From the NCBI GenBank assembly GCA_023920165.1, contig CP089279.1:1488001-1552000 (forward strand): 64,000 nt of DNA, in the 5' to 3' direction. The notes beneath the pieces are model-generated. The model was not told the origin of the DNA. It saw only the letters and a list, made by a program, of their open reading frames with translations, and searched no databases. Below are positions 12,567 through 24,900 of this stretch, piece by piece. This DNA comes from Curvularia clavata. Taxonomy: Eukaryota. The translations under genes and the position numbers were made by a program. The first letter of the stretch is position 1; each line of letters begins with the position of its first letter.

Positions 12567-13439
12567 AGAAGGGAGTGTTGTGGAACGCCTGTATTTTTCT
12601 TTGTTATGGATATAGATGTAGGTGTTGTAATTATGTAGTGTTCTCCATATGTACTATTCGCTTGCGACTAGTGATTCAGTCCGCTTTATGCAACGTCCGT
12701 TATGTTTGGTCTTCTTTGCCGTCATATCTTCCCCTTCACTTCTCTTTCCTCCCCTGCACGCGATTACCTGCTGCCAAAAGCTCATTCTGCGCTTGAATAG
12801 CAGTACTATAACGGTGAATCATTATACCAACAAACACGACGGCTAGAAAAAGTAGAAACAAGACCAGAATGAGCATGTCAATATAGCCTCGAGTCTCCGC
12901 AGAGAGGACGACACGCTGGTCGAAAGAGACCATTATGACTGAAATGATTAGTCTCGGTTTTTTCACAGCCTGGGCGTGTAACTTAATTTATGGTGTAGGA
13001 GTGTTGGGAAAGTGAGGGTGAATAGGCAGTGGAGAGAGTTTAATGTCGGTGTCGTAGCGTGGGAGGTTGAGCTTATAATTGATTGAAGCGCTCTGTAGAT
13101 CTGGTCCTGCAAGCCTCAACGCAATGTCAATTTAAGGTTTGAGATAGTTGGCAATGCAAAGTGTTATGTTGGTGTTTTGCTGTACATGTGCTGTCAAAAT
13201 GGTGCTATACTAGTTCAAGCAAGTGGGTACGTTTCAAGACCCAAGGTTAGATGTGAAGTGTTATGATAATTCATGCAATGTTCTCTATGTATGCTATCCG
13301 CTCACATCTATCGACTCTGAGCACATCACTGCGTCATACGGCTTTGTTTGCGTATGACTTCTGAGTCAGAGCAAACCTCCATCACCCTCTCAATTCTCTT
13401 CACCAACCGCCGCTTTGCTCCCTGCCATCTCAAGGCCAT

Positions 13440-15461
13440 CTAGAGCTCATCATCCTCTCTCTCAACCTTCTGAGGATTCTGAGAAGCTTCAGATGAAATC
13501 TCCTTGGAATCGTACATCTGTTTCCGAAGGGTCATGTTCTCCATAGCAATTGCGTTGTAATCGACCTTCAAGTCCGTATAATGCTGCATGGTTTCGATGG
13601 TATCTTCGCACTCCAGGTCTTCCAAATCCTGGTCGAGCTCATAGCAATCATCCTTGAGGTTATTGTAATCTTTTTCGAGCTCATCGCGCTCTTTTGTGAC
13701 CTGCTCCGACTCTTGAACAACTTTGGAGCTTCTCTCGCTCATATCTTGCCATACGTTCAACTTATCCATGGCGAGCGCTTCTTTTTCTGCTTTGAAGGCT
13801 TCAACAAGCTGCTTGTTTTCTGCACCATGGTTGCTCTTCAGGTCATTCAAAGCCACTTTGTACTGGTCGCACTCTTTCTCAGCCTTCTTTAAAGCTTGCG
13901 AAACCCCAGAGAATTTCTCGTTCATAGCATGTTGCGATTGGATGCTCATAGTCTCTGCGGCAAGCGTGTTCTGCTCTGCCTCCAAACCCACAAGAAGCTG
14001 CTTGTTTGCAGCGACGTCCTCGCCATCTTTTGGTTGCGTCTTTGTAACCTTCTTTGTAGGCGCCGAATTTGAGGATGTTGACGATTGCTGGGCTTCTTTG
14101 AGCTCCGCTTTCAGCGCTTTGATGACTTTGGCTCGCTTTTCAATAGCTACATCGTGCTCCTTGCGCAAGGCTTTCTTCTCTTCGATCCATCGCTGTCTGT
14201 CGGCAATACCTTGGTCTTTCTTCTCCTGCTGCAGAGTCTCAATTTGAGTTGCGGCATCGCTGAGAGCTTGTTTCAGCTCTTGGACCTCTGTTGGCAGAAT
14301 TCGGAGCTGTTTAAGCTCGGCGTCTTTCTCTTCGCAGCGTTGGTGGAGTTCATTTACGGTCGCATTGATGTCGTTGCCAAGGACGGCCTTACGCCAAATA
14401 TTGATCTCGCGCTGCTTTTCGTCGAGAAGTTCTTGAAACTTATCTGGCTTAGACATCTCGCCACGGGGGTTCTTGACATGTTCTTTCGCACTTGTGATCT
14501 CGGCCTCAAGTTCCCTAATCTTCCTGGACTGAGCAGCCTTTTCGGCTTCTATCTGCCGCATCTGTTCCGCAATATTCACCAAATGCGCCTTCCGTTCTCT
14601 CACTTTTTGAGAAAGAATTTCTTCACTAACAAAATAGTCGCCATCTGGAAAGACTCCCAGATGCTCGAGCATGTCGTTTCTTTTCGCAACCCCTTCAAGT
14701 AAATCCTGTACTTCTTGCTCATATGTCTGCAATGCGGCCGAGTATTCGCTAGCCTTGTTCTTCCATTCCTGGTGGGATTTCTTTTCCATCTCGAGAGCCA
14801 ATCTTGCATTTGTCGCTTTGCCTTCAGCTTTGGCGACTTTCTTGCTAACCAGGTCGAGCCTGAAAACCAAGAATGTCGCTCCCAAAGCGACGACAATCAA
14901 ATACAACAGGTTCCAGGCGGTCCATACCACAGGAGACGCAGATATAATCGAGGGGACAGACTCTGCGCTCGAAAATGGTGCGCAAGGCTCGCAAGGTTTG
15001 CAAGGTGCACAACCTGCCTCAGGACATCCGGATATGATTGGGCAAGCAGCTTCTGAGCTAAGAAGTGGTGCGCAAGGTGGACAGGGTGTACAAGTCTGTG
15101 TAGGCAGCGCGTAAGCCTCGGAATGCTCTATGAAAGCCGCACGTGGTGCGGTAGCATCGGTCGGTAAACACCTTCGCTGTGTGACCACTTGCTTCACGAC
15201 GGTGGAGATAGATGTAACGCTTTTTGTGACAGTATCGTAAACTGTTTGTATTTGGCTCAGTGTGACGGGTTCCGGGACTACCGTCACAGTTCGAGTAATT
15301 GGAGCCTCTGAACAAGGTGTATTATGGGGTTGTTCAGGTAGCGAATTCGAGGATGTGGCCGGTTTCCAGTAGTGTCGAACGAAAGGGAGGTTCAAGAAGA
15401 AGCCGATGCCAACGGCGATGAATAGATCATTATGAAGAGCGGCTTGAGCGATATCCAGCAT
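13440..15461 (-). CDS. Hypothetical membrane-anchored coiled-coil protein
   Basis: Intronless 673 aa ORF: N-terminal hydrophobic segment, Thr-rich and Cys/Pro-rich region, transmembrane helix (WNLLYLIVVALGATFLVF), then ~450 aa of E/K/Q/L heptad-like sequence. Confidence 0.75.
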   Translation of the reverse strand: MLDIAQAALHNDLFIAVGIGFFLNLPFVRHYWKPATSSNSLPEQPHNTPCSEAPITRTVTVVPEPVTLSQIQTVYDTVTKSVTSISTVVKQVVTQRRCLPTDATAPRAAFIEHSEAYALPTQTCTPCPPCAPLLSSEAACPIISGCPEAGCAPCKPCEPCAPFSSAESVPSIISASPVVWTAWNLLYLIVVALGATFLVFRLDLVSKKVAKAEGKATNARLALEMEKKSHQEWKNKASEYSAALQTYEQEVQDLLEGVAKRNDMLEHLGVFPDGDYFVSEEILSQKVRERKAHLVNIAEQMRQIEAEKAAQSRKIRELEAEITSAKEHVKNPRGEMSKPDKFQELLDEKQREINIWRKAVLGNDINATVNELHQRCEEKDAELKQLRILPTEVQELKQALSDAATQIETLQQEKKDQGIADRQRWIEEKKALRKEHDVAIEKRAKVIKALKAELKEAQQSSTSSNSAPTKKVTKTQPKDGEDVAANKQLLVGLEAEQNTLAAETMSIQSQHAMNEKFSGVSQALKKAEKECDQYKVALNDLKSNHGAENKQLVEAFKAEKEALAMDKLNVWQDMSERSSKVVQESEQVTKERDELEKDYNNLKDDCYELDQDLEDLECEDTIETMQHYTDLKVDYNAIAMENMTLRKQMYDSKEISSEASQNPQKVEREDDEL

Positions 15462-16054
15462 TATGGGCTCTTCGCGTTGTCGTGGTTATGATTGAAATTC
15501 GATTATGAGGGGTATATAGTGGTTGCTGAGGTAGTTGAGAAGGGTTGCAAATTCCAAGAGAAGAGTTGAGTTGACGTATGTGAAATGGTGCAAATGTTTT
15601 GGTATTCGTTTTGCAAACCGTTTTGGGAAAGTTTGCTGTATTTAACAAAGAAGGGCAAAGAGTACGATGGCGACCTTCTGAACAATGGCGAAAACAATAG
15701 TAGGGGAACAATGAGCGGGTCAATAGGCGCGACGATGAATGAACAAGTGAATGTGGGATGCTTTGGTGCGTGCGTCTTCGTCAATGGCAGCATATATGCA
15801 TTACGATCTTCTACTCCTACCAGCCGTCGGTGAAGCGTTCGTTGAAGCTTTTGACAGGTCAGAGAGTGAGGTATGGCGACCAAGTCTCATACAGTAGCAG
15901 CCACCATGGAGTATTGCCAGTCCCACTTCCTAGCTGAGGTTATATATTTGCACGTCTATTCAGGCTCTGTGTGATCACCAGAGGTAAAGATGCGCGTGAA
16001 GATGAAAGCGGCCAAACGAAAGCTAAGAAATTCTTCTCAAAGCAAGCTGTATCA

Positions 16055-16921
16055 TCACATCCATCCGACTTGACTAAGAAAATTGTGGATATCGTCCATC
16101 TCATCCGGAACTTTGAACCAATGTCCTTCTGCTTCTGCGCCTGAATACTCCTTCCATTCTACTGAGAAGCCAGCCTGAGCGAGAATGCATGCTACGTGTC
16201 TGCCAAGCCTAACATCCACGTACGCATCGTCAACGCCGTGTCCGATGAAAACTGGAGGTAGTCTACAGGTATCTTGAACGATGTCTGTCACGCCAGGGAA
16301 AGTTTTAACAGCTATCATCTGCTCTACGAATTCATCGAACTCCGTCCTCTGGGTTACATCGGGTCCCGGCTCTCTTGCGAATGCCCTCTCGATGTTGGCA
16401 GCAAATGGGAGCCATGTGCTCGCGACCACAAATGCGCCAGGCCTCATTACGGAGCCCTGCTGGCAGAGAAGAGTCCATATAGCGACTGCGCCTCCTTGGC
16501 TGATTCCTCCAAACAACAACTTCTGTGTGTTTCCATCTAGACGTCTGATCTCCTCGCTGAGTATCGCACTGACATAGTCCACAGAATCCCTGATACCGCT
16601 GGCCTGAAGATCCTGGTGTGCAGCAATATCGGTCAAAGAGTGTGCTTCAAACCAGGCCCACATATGTTCTCGAAATGTTGTGCTCCATAATTCTGGAGAC
16701 GATGGGAAAACCCAGCGACATCCAGGCAGCTTGTCGAGTAATGAGGATCCATCAGAGAGTGTTGATTGGAAGAATTCCTCTGCAAAATCCTCCCCAGTGC
16801 TGCCTCGACCATGCAATATTACAGCTGTATGAGTGTGCTCAGACTTGGACTTGATGGCGTGAATTGGGCCAAATGGCCGATCTTTGGTTTCCAAATTCGT
16901 GGTCGTCTCAGCGCTAGTCAT
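16055..16921 (-). CDS. Phospholipase/carboxylesterase (acyl-protein thioesterase-like alpha/beta hydrolase)
   Basis: Motifs ILHGRGS, RWVFP, AWF, nucleophile GISQGG, GHGVDD, EGHW; ATG at 16921. Confidence 0.9.
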   Translation of the reverse strand: MTSAETTTNLETKDRPFGPIHAIKSKSEHTHTAVILHGRGSTGEDFAEEFFQSTLSDGSSLLDKLPGCRWVFPSSPELWSTTFREHMWAWFEAHSLTDIAAHQDLQASGIRDSVDYVSAILSEEIRRLDGNTQKLLFGGISQGGAVAIWTLLCQQGSVMRPGAFVVASTWLPFAANIERAFAREPGPDVTQRTEFDEFVEQMIAVKTFPGVTDIVQDTCRLPPVFIGHGVDDAYVDVRLGRHVACILAQAGFSVEWKEYSGAEAEGHWFKVPDEMDDIHNFLSQVGWM

Positions 16922-16940
16922 TTTGTTCACGGTGTTCGAA

Positions 16941-16971
16941 TTGATATGTGGAGTTGATATGTGGAGTTGAT
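16941..16971. repeat. 13-bp tandem repeat (TTGATATGTGGAG x2.4) just upstream of the esterase start
   Basis: Read directly from the sequence. Confidence 0.8.
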
Positions 16972-18121
16972 CTCGCTGTCAGATATGAGTGAGCCGAGAG
17001 AGTTTCTTATTGCATTGCGGCATGAGAGATGAGAGTGGTATTAGGCACAGTGTACCAGAATCCTCGATTACCGTCTCTGGAAAACGTCCCAGCAAACCGA
17101 ATACGAACAGAAATTGGGCATTTGATAGATTGGAAAATGGAACTTAACATCTGTTCCCTATGATCGTAAATATCAAACCCAATACCTCATAAGAATATAG
17201 CCCTCCTGCACACCGTTTTACTAGACATGTCGGCACTAGCGCAGACAGCTTCTCCACATGGCGCTAGTCCTGCCCTGAACTAGCGTCTAATCACTCACCT
17301 CAGCACCACTCTTGCTAAAAGCATCACACGACACCACACAACTGCACAATGACGGCAAACTCATGATTGGCTTCAAGCTTGCGCAGTTATGTTTCTACCG
17401 CAGAACTGAGCCTCGGTTCTGCCTCATTCTCAAGCGAACTGGGCTCCATCATTTCCCACACCCGGCAACCACACCCGGGCAAAGAAGAAATACGCCTCCA
17501 GGATTCTCCCTCCTCCCAGCGATAATACACACCGCTTCAGCAATCTCTTTTTTACCTTGGAATGTTTCTACTATCATATCTGGGGCTTGCTGGGCCACCT
17601 AGCTACAAAGTTCAGGCTCCTCAGGTTGTCAGTCCACTTCGCATATTGCTTGCCTAATCGGGCTATGTTAACCCGTCCACAAAAAATCTCCCCACAACGG
17701 CACAGTGCATCCGTGGCGAGCCAACTTTTACAAAGTACCAGAACGTGCCACACGCTTTCCCCGTCTTCAAGACCCTTAGTCTGGGGTAGGGCGAGCCCGG
17801 TGCTTGTCGCCGTTTTAGTCCACTTCTGTCTGGAGAATCCGCGGTCCGTTTAATCAGGATTTCGTTGGTTATACAGACCACGGCCTGCTTATCATAAAGA
17901 TAGCTCCTCCCCTGTCTTTTGCTAGATTGACCCTCCGCAAAGCACGTACCAGTCTCTAGTAGTCTAGCGGCGTACCCGATTCCTGGGACGTACTAAAGAG
18001 CTGGGGGGGGGACACGAGACCGCGGCTGTTTTTCGGTCGGCTTTGCTTTCTCTTACTACTTGTGGCCTCTTCATACTTACTTCCTCTACTTTCCATGCTA
18101 ATGTACAATTCATACTCGAAG

Positions 18122-18925
18122 ATGCCGCCAACCGCTTCAGCAACCGCAGCGTTACCCACACTGACCCAAACTGGGGCGCGCGTTGCACTGCAAGCAGCAG
18201 AGCAACATGCGATTGAAGTTGGTGTACCAATGTACGACCCCTCTTTCCAATCAAACCGTTGACCATGGCGGAGTTCCAAAACCTAACATCCTGTCAGGAG
18301 CATCGCAGTGGTCGATGCGCACACTCATCTCTTGTCTTTCACGCGGATGGACGGAGCCAAGATAACCTCCATCAATACTGCCATGGACATGGCTTTCACC
18401 GCCGCTGGAAATCGCATCCCCACCTCCGCATACCAAGAAACGCCATGGCCAGGGAGCGCAACATCTGGAATTGGCAACGCTATCTCAGGCCGCTTCACCA
18501 CACTTGGTGGTGGCGTACCCATTTTATCAGTGGAGGGCGACATACTCGGCGCGATTGGATGTTCGACAGGCACGAGCATGCAGGATGAGGCTGCAGCCAA
18601 AGCGGGGCGAGATGCAGTGCTCGAGCTCATTAGGAAAGAGAAGGAAGCCGAAGAGACAAGATTACATGAGGAGAGGCAAGCCGTACTTGCGCTGTGGAAA
18701 GAAAAGGAAGAAGAGGTTGGCAGTCTAAGAGAGGAACTCGAGGGCATGGACCGCAGCAGCAAGAGGATGAGGTTCGATGGCGGGCGATCGGGCAGCGCGA
18801 GCGTGGCTGGAAGCCATGCCGGCAGGAGATTGAGCATACAAGCTGGGCTGCCACCGGATACTCCGCCTGATGAAATTGAACTGCGTCCCAGTTTTGTCGG
18901 CGAAGTTTCTGTTGGGCGATACTAG
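18122..18925 (+). CDS. GlcG/HbpS (DUF336) heme-binding-fold protein with charged C-terminal extension
   Basis: Exons 18122-18231 and 18298-18925. Motifs LTQTGARVALQAAEQHA, VPMSIAVVDAHTHLLSFTRMDGA, AFTAA, GGGVPI, LGAIGCSTGT, QDEAAAKAG. Confidence 0.85.
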
Positions 18926-21390
18926 GTGGTTTGTCTTTGTTGATGTGCGTTCCGGCGTTTTGGCGATGACGATGTCACGATATCACGACTCTGTTTCGCG
19001 GGGAGTATGGCGTTTCCTTCATCAAGCGCATGTTTGGTCCTGCAGTAATCACCAGCGAAAATAAGGCGGCGGATTGATTTCGATGCTTAGGAGGCACGCT
19101 CTTGCACGCAATTAGTGCACAGTATACATATTGCATACGTTACTAGTTCCTGCATATCGTCTTGTCCTATTCGGTTCACTGATCTGCCCAGGGGTGTCTC
19201 AACACCCTAGTAGTCTCACGTGCTGCATTTCCCTATAGAGTGTTGCCCTCCTCATCCTCGCCTGAACTTCGCGAGACCATTGATCTATAGAGACCTAAGC
19301 ACTACCATTTCCCTCCCAGATTTCGAACGTCTACCAGGGCAGACTTTTCTATCGTAAGGCTGCCGCAAGTTTCCAGAGTTGGCCTGTACGACCGTTTGCA
19401 GCACCAAAATGGGAGACCAAGCAACCCAATATTCACTTTGTAAAGACCCAAGAGAATATCGTTTACATCTCTTCACACATACCAGGACTCTTACGGCGCC
19501 TATATATACTCTAACATTCCTTCTCCTTCCATCAACCAATCCTCACTTGGCTTGGTGGCAGGCACACTGAGCGGGTACTAAACACGAAACATTATAGACT
19601 GCTAATGAGGCCATAGGATTACGGGAAACTACATTGTAATCCACTCAGTGTCCATATATACTAATGGGTTGCTGGCTAGGACGGCGTCCGTTCGAATACG
19701 GACGGTTGCTGGAGCAATAGAATCACTAAGTGAAGTGAGGATTGGTTGGTTTTTTGTCTTTTTTTTTGCACTCACACTCCTCATGCAGAACCCTTCTTTA
19801 TAGTTCATCTCTCCTTTCCGCTACTGTTGCAGTATGCTGTCATGTCAGTCTTCTGGAAACTCGTGTCGGACTGCCGTCTCTTTAGTAACTGTATGCAATT
19901 GATCTGATTCTTTCATAACCATGGACTCGATGCTGTAGTATGTGACTAGAGAAGATACACTAACAGCATAGGGCCTACTCATTAGGGGTGTAGCTCAGAA
20001 TGCGCCGCATGAAGTGAGCGCTCTTGTCAGCGTGTTCGTAATTGCAACTCTCCCTGTCGTATCAAATGACCGGAAGTCGGTTCAGCATTTGCATATATTG
20101 ATGCTGGTGTTGACTCATCAATTAGATGTGCCACGTACTGATCAAGTCTCTTGCCTTCTCTACCATGTTCAAAAGTGCTCATACACCAGTCTTGATCAGA
20201 GAACAGTATGCACGCTGTTAGTCCACCTCTACCACTGATGAGAACTACATCAAGTTCTCTTCATGAAAGCCAACATGCGAAGTCCCTGGGAGTGTGCTGG
20301 ACAACATTATACTGCCCTGTATCTTCACCAAACGCCAGCCACCAGTCACGGGCTTGAATGAGTTCACCTCAAGTGTTTCAAGACTGGAGAGTTAACGGTC
20401 AGTTCCGTATCACCGCCCTGGCTTTTATTCACTGCGAACTCGACCGCGTCGGCCTGGAATGCAATGGCTTTAGCAACTATAGAGTGACCACTTTCAGCTG
20501 CTCTACGCTTGCCACAACCCTTGCCGGAGCAATTTATAAAGAAGTCACTCAAACAGTCCAACAACAAAGAAGCATACGCGTCTCTAAACATCCGAGGGGT
20601 CAGCCACCTAACCAACCTGTCAATCACTGTGAAGTCAGTTCATCACACCATATGTCTTTTTACACCCTTAATTAAACATTTAACGACGGGCGCTACAAAC
20701 ACGTACCACCGCTTACAGCAGCCTCTACAGCGTTTTCCAAAAATCCTGACGCGCGTCATTCGAGCAGCTCGTGCGACGCCGGGGCGCTGGGAAATGAGGC
20801 GCTTACACGCCATCTCTTTCTTTGGCCAACCAGAGGCGGGAGAAATAGCTCATGATTGTGTTTTCTCGCTTAGGTATATGCAGGCAGGTTACAGCAAGAG
20901 GGGAAAAGAAAGGAAAGTGTGGTTTTCGTTGCTTTTGGTAGAAACGTGGCCGCGTGGGGTGAGATGGTATGGCGGGGAAAGAAAAGTGTGGTTTTCGTGA
21001 GCGAGAAATCGTGACGCGAAGAGTGCGCGATCGTTCCGCTGTCAGAAACACTGAGGAATTCACAGTCAAGAGAGCAAGCATATTGGACATGTTTGGGTAA
21101 GAATGAACGTTTCTACTCTATTCCATCATAGCAAATCGTAACAAATCGTGTGCCATCGTGAACCTGAAAAGACCCACCCGTGAGCCAGGGGTATAAAAAA
21201 ATCCAAACCCCGCCCAAGAACCCTAAAGTATGTAACTCGAGAAGCGAAGTAAAAGCAAAGAAGAAGTCCAGAACTCAGATCAGATCCGGTAAAGACAGAA
21301 ATGCATCACTGATGCTTTTGTTTTTGGTACGTCGTGCAGCTTGACCCTCAAGGTCGGCAGCAACAGCAGCAGTTTTCTCAACCCTCAAGG

Positions 21391-21960
21391 TTAATAAGCA
21401 ATGCGTCCAGCAATGCTTCGCTTCTGCGAAGAGGAGTTGCCGGAGCTGCCGGAGCAGACGGTCATGTGCATGTCAACATCGGGGGTAGGGCAGTCAAAGA
21501 CTGGCTCGTTGATGCCGAGCTTGATGAGAGGTTGGTCGACGTAGTAGGCTTGGGTGGGGCAGTAGCTTCCGGCCTCGCAGCTTGCGGCGCTGCAGTCCGA
21601 GTTGCTGCCTTGCATGGAGAGACCTTCGGCGTGTCCAGGGCAGTTTGAGGCAGACTCGCCCTCGGCGCAGTTGACAAAGGAGATGTCGTACCAGATCTTG
21701 CCACCGGCAATGGTGTACTCGAACTGAGTCTGCTCGCCGTTCTTGATGCTGTCGGTCTTGGAGATCTTCAGAGAAGTGCCAGTGGAGTACAGGGTCTCGT
21801 TGTATTGAGAGTGAGCAGCAACACGAGTGCAAGCGGTCTCGTGGCTTCCGCCAACGGAGGAGACCCAGATGTCGTAGTCGCAGTTGTTGGAGAGGATGGC
21901 GTTACCGGCCAGGGCAAGGCCTGCCTGGAGGGCCATGAGGACAGTGGTCTTGGAGAACAT
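21391..21960 (-). CDS. Secreted BYS1-domain / thaumatin-like cysteine-rich protein
   Basis: Signal peptide MFSKTTVLMALQAGLALAG; motifs NNCDYDIWVSSV, SLKIS, TQFEYT, IWYDISFVNC, AYY; about 10 Cys; strong codon bias; intronless. Confidence 0.82.
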   Translation of the reverse strand: MFSKTTVLMALQAGLALAGNAILSNNCDYDIWVSSVGGSHETACTRVAAHSQYNETLYSTGTSLKISKTDSIKNGEQTQFEYTIAGGKIWYDISFVNCAEGESASNCPGHAEGLSMQGSNSDCSAASCEAGSYCPTQAYYVDQPLIKLGINEPVFDCPTPDVDMHMTVCSGSSGNSSSQKRSIAGRIAY

Positions 21961-24900
21961 TTTTGCGGTTGAGTGTGGTTGAGGCACGTGAACTTGGTAG
22001 AGACTGGCTGAGAGGATATCCTGATTCGTATCGAACTGAGGATGAATGAGTGCAGGTGGGGGTCTTCGACGGAAGAGAGTGTGTGATTTTTCTTTTCTCT
22101 TTCAAAGGGAATGTGATGAAGCTCTCAAAGCTCCAAGCGAACAAGGGAATGTGTGTCGAAGGCGACCGAAAAGAGTGAAGAAGCTGATGCTGAGCAGTAT
22201 CGAATCCGAGAGTAACCCTACGGCATGCTCTTCTTTTATAAGATCAGCTTACGGATAACGGCAGAACAAAGCCTAGCCCTAGCCCCCAATACTCCTACCC
22301 CCCGCCTTAGGCAGCGCCGCATATTGCCTGAAACGTTGAGCGCCGAAAAAAAAATTCGTTCAAGTCCGGCGGCAGCGGCAGCGGCAGCGACTTCGCTCCG
22401 CAGTAGTGCTTTCAGCTCTTCAACGTGGTAAGTGGAGACAAACCAGAAGCCATGGTTGGTCAAGGACATGGGTGGGTGGCACTTAGTCTTGACGTATGAT
22501 GTAAGGAGACGCCTTGGTCTAGAATTCTCTCATCCGGTTTGTTGAACTTGCTTTTCTTTTGATGGTACCTTTGTGCTGGTGCCGCGAACTAGAGCAAGGG
22601 ACAACGAAAGGTGCCGTGGCTAGATTCACATTGGCCTTGGGCTTTCCAAACAATGACTTTGTGATGTCAAGGGTCTTTGGAGAGAACTGAAATGTGCATT
22701 CCGGTAAGCTACGTAAGTGTCTGAGTGTGCCTGGCAGTTGGTGGACTAGGATATACGTTGCCGGATTGGTCATAGGCTGGCTAAGTGCAGTGCGTACGCC
22801 TTGCAGCTAGCAACAAGGCTAGAAGCATCCAGGTCATGATGTAGACATGACCGCGGCCCAACCTGTAGCGCCGGCAGCAGGACGTGTCGTATACCAGGCC
22901 GACTGGAACGACGGTCTGGTAGAAATCGGCGGGGTGAAGAGCCAGCCGGGCATGTCCACGTTGCTACCGAAGAGCCCGTGGTGGCAAAGACACTGTGTCA
23001 AGCGAGAAGAGGCAGACCGCGGCAACTCGGCCGAAAATTTGCCACGTACCTGAGTGAGTGAGTTGGTCGCAGCCGTTGGGGATGCAGGATGCGCGAACGG
23101 GTGTCCGGGTACCTGGCGCGGCACACGGTTCCTGGACCAGCCAAGGCTCCAATGCAACTGCAGCGTGCCGTCGTTGCTGATTGGCAAAGAAACCTGTCTT
23201 TCTCTGCAGTCAATTCTTCCTGTCTGCACCCTTATCGCTCGGCTTTCTTCGCTGTCAGGCGCCACGTAGTAGTTGTCTGGCCGCCATTTTTGCACACTGC
23301 AGAATCAGCTTACACCAGAAGCTGTGGCTCGATGCAGCAGCGCACCGGAGCGCATGTACATGCTTATGGATCCCCACGAGAGGCCCATTGGACGATTACT
23401 GAATAACCACGACTCTGCCGAACCGGATGGATAGAAGAGATTTTTCGCGGTCCACGTCCCCAGTCTAGACACTACACACTTACACACTGCACGCGTCATA
23501 GTGCCAGGCTGGGCTGCTCAACGACGCTCGACTGTACGCAACAACTCTTGGCCTTTGACTAGACTCGATGTCACCACATACGGGACAAGTCAGCCAGTCA
23601 AACACGGCACCGCTTCCCCAAGGACCGAATGCGTTGAAACAAGACACGACGAACCTGTCAAACAAGCCGGCGTGCTGTAGGAGCCGTCCGCAGCATCCTT
23701 CCGGCGTGAATGCGCCACTGCGGCCAGCTATCTAATCGATAGGAACATTCTTCTCCGCGTTTGATAGCCCATGGTGTCTGGCGATCACCCAAGCGTCAGC
23801 GTCTTGCATACGCGCGCAAACAACTTGAGACATGTCGTCGGATCCGGCTGCGGGGAAAGGCAGTATGTACCCAGCGGCTACGAATGCAACAACAAGCCGC
23901 ATTCGTCGCCGGGCGAGGGTCCTTGGACAAAGGAATAGGTAGTTGAAGACCAACAAAAAAAGTGATCCATTTCACTAATACTCTTCTGTTTGCACGCTCG
24001 TTATAACAAGTCTGATAAAGAAAAATTGACAGTGGCCATTGTGGGGCGGTGAGGTAACGATGAAGACAGGTTTTGATCCGACTTCGTAATGTTGTGGAAT
24101 GGACGCGCAAGACATGAGGCCTCGAATGCGGCCAGAACACTCAACATTACGTTTCACAGCGTTTTGCGGCCAGAGCAATCGGACACACTTGGTGGCTTCG
24201 CCTGCTGCAGCTCCCGGTTTGAATAGACCGTCTAGTGACGCAAAGCGGGCGAGAAATTAGACGGGGTTGAGACAACTTTCCGTGTTCCCCTCATTCCTTG
24301 CAGCGGTAATCTTGCAGCATGTAGCAAGTACTATGGCCATACTTGCAGCGAGAAATGACGATAAATTTCCACCCCGGCCATGGGATCATTTGCCTACCAT
24401 GCGGCTCATTAAAACCAGCCCGTGCATCATGGTTGAAGTTGACGATCAATGTCGAAAACAGGAAGGCCGTCTCGGGTGGCAGCTGTCTGCGCATGAGACG
24501 ATGGCGGTTGACACAGGGGGACATGGTTCGGAACTCGAGTGCCATGAGGCGCCGACTACGGGTGATGGTTGTCGCCCCCGACCACACGATCCACCGTCAG
24601 GGTGCGAGAATGCTGCGCTGGCGGGAAACCTGCACGTTTCCCCTCTTTCAGGGTCGAGCGTTACAAACGGCATCTCGGATTTTCTTTTTCGCTTCCCGTT
24701 GTTTCGTCACGAGCCTCTCCTCGTCCGTTCATCATCACCCCCTGGAACCGCCCGCCTTAACCAAGTCTCGACGACGCTTGAATTCCCAAATGCAGATGTG
24801 AGCATCATTTTGGCTATTCGCATCGCAAAAAGGCGACCGAGCCAGGACCAGGCCGAGCCCGCCGAGTTTCTACTTCGAGCACAAGGTCAGCAAGCCACAG

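Noticed and set aside
19686..19705. Hairpin CGTCCGT-TCGAAT-ACGGACG containing GTTCGAAT
   Set aside because: Isolated 7-bp stem with no cloverleaf; compatible with chance.
19985..20050. tRNA-like start GGGGTGTAGCTCAGAATG
   Set aside because: Resembles a tRNA 5' end and A-box, but no proper T-arm (GTTCRA) or pairing acceptor stem could be built. At most a relic; tRNAscan-SE would settle it.
20903..20998. Imperfect direct repeat ending AAAGTGTGGTTTTCGT (two copies)
   Set aside because: Only two short copies with no terminal repeats, target-site duplication or array structure; not CRISPR or a transposon.
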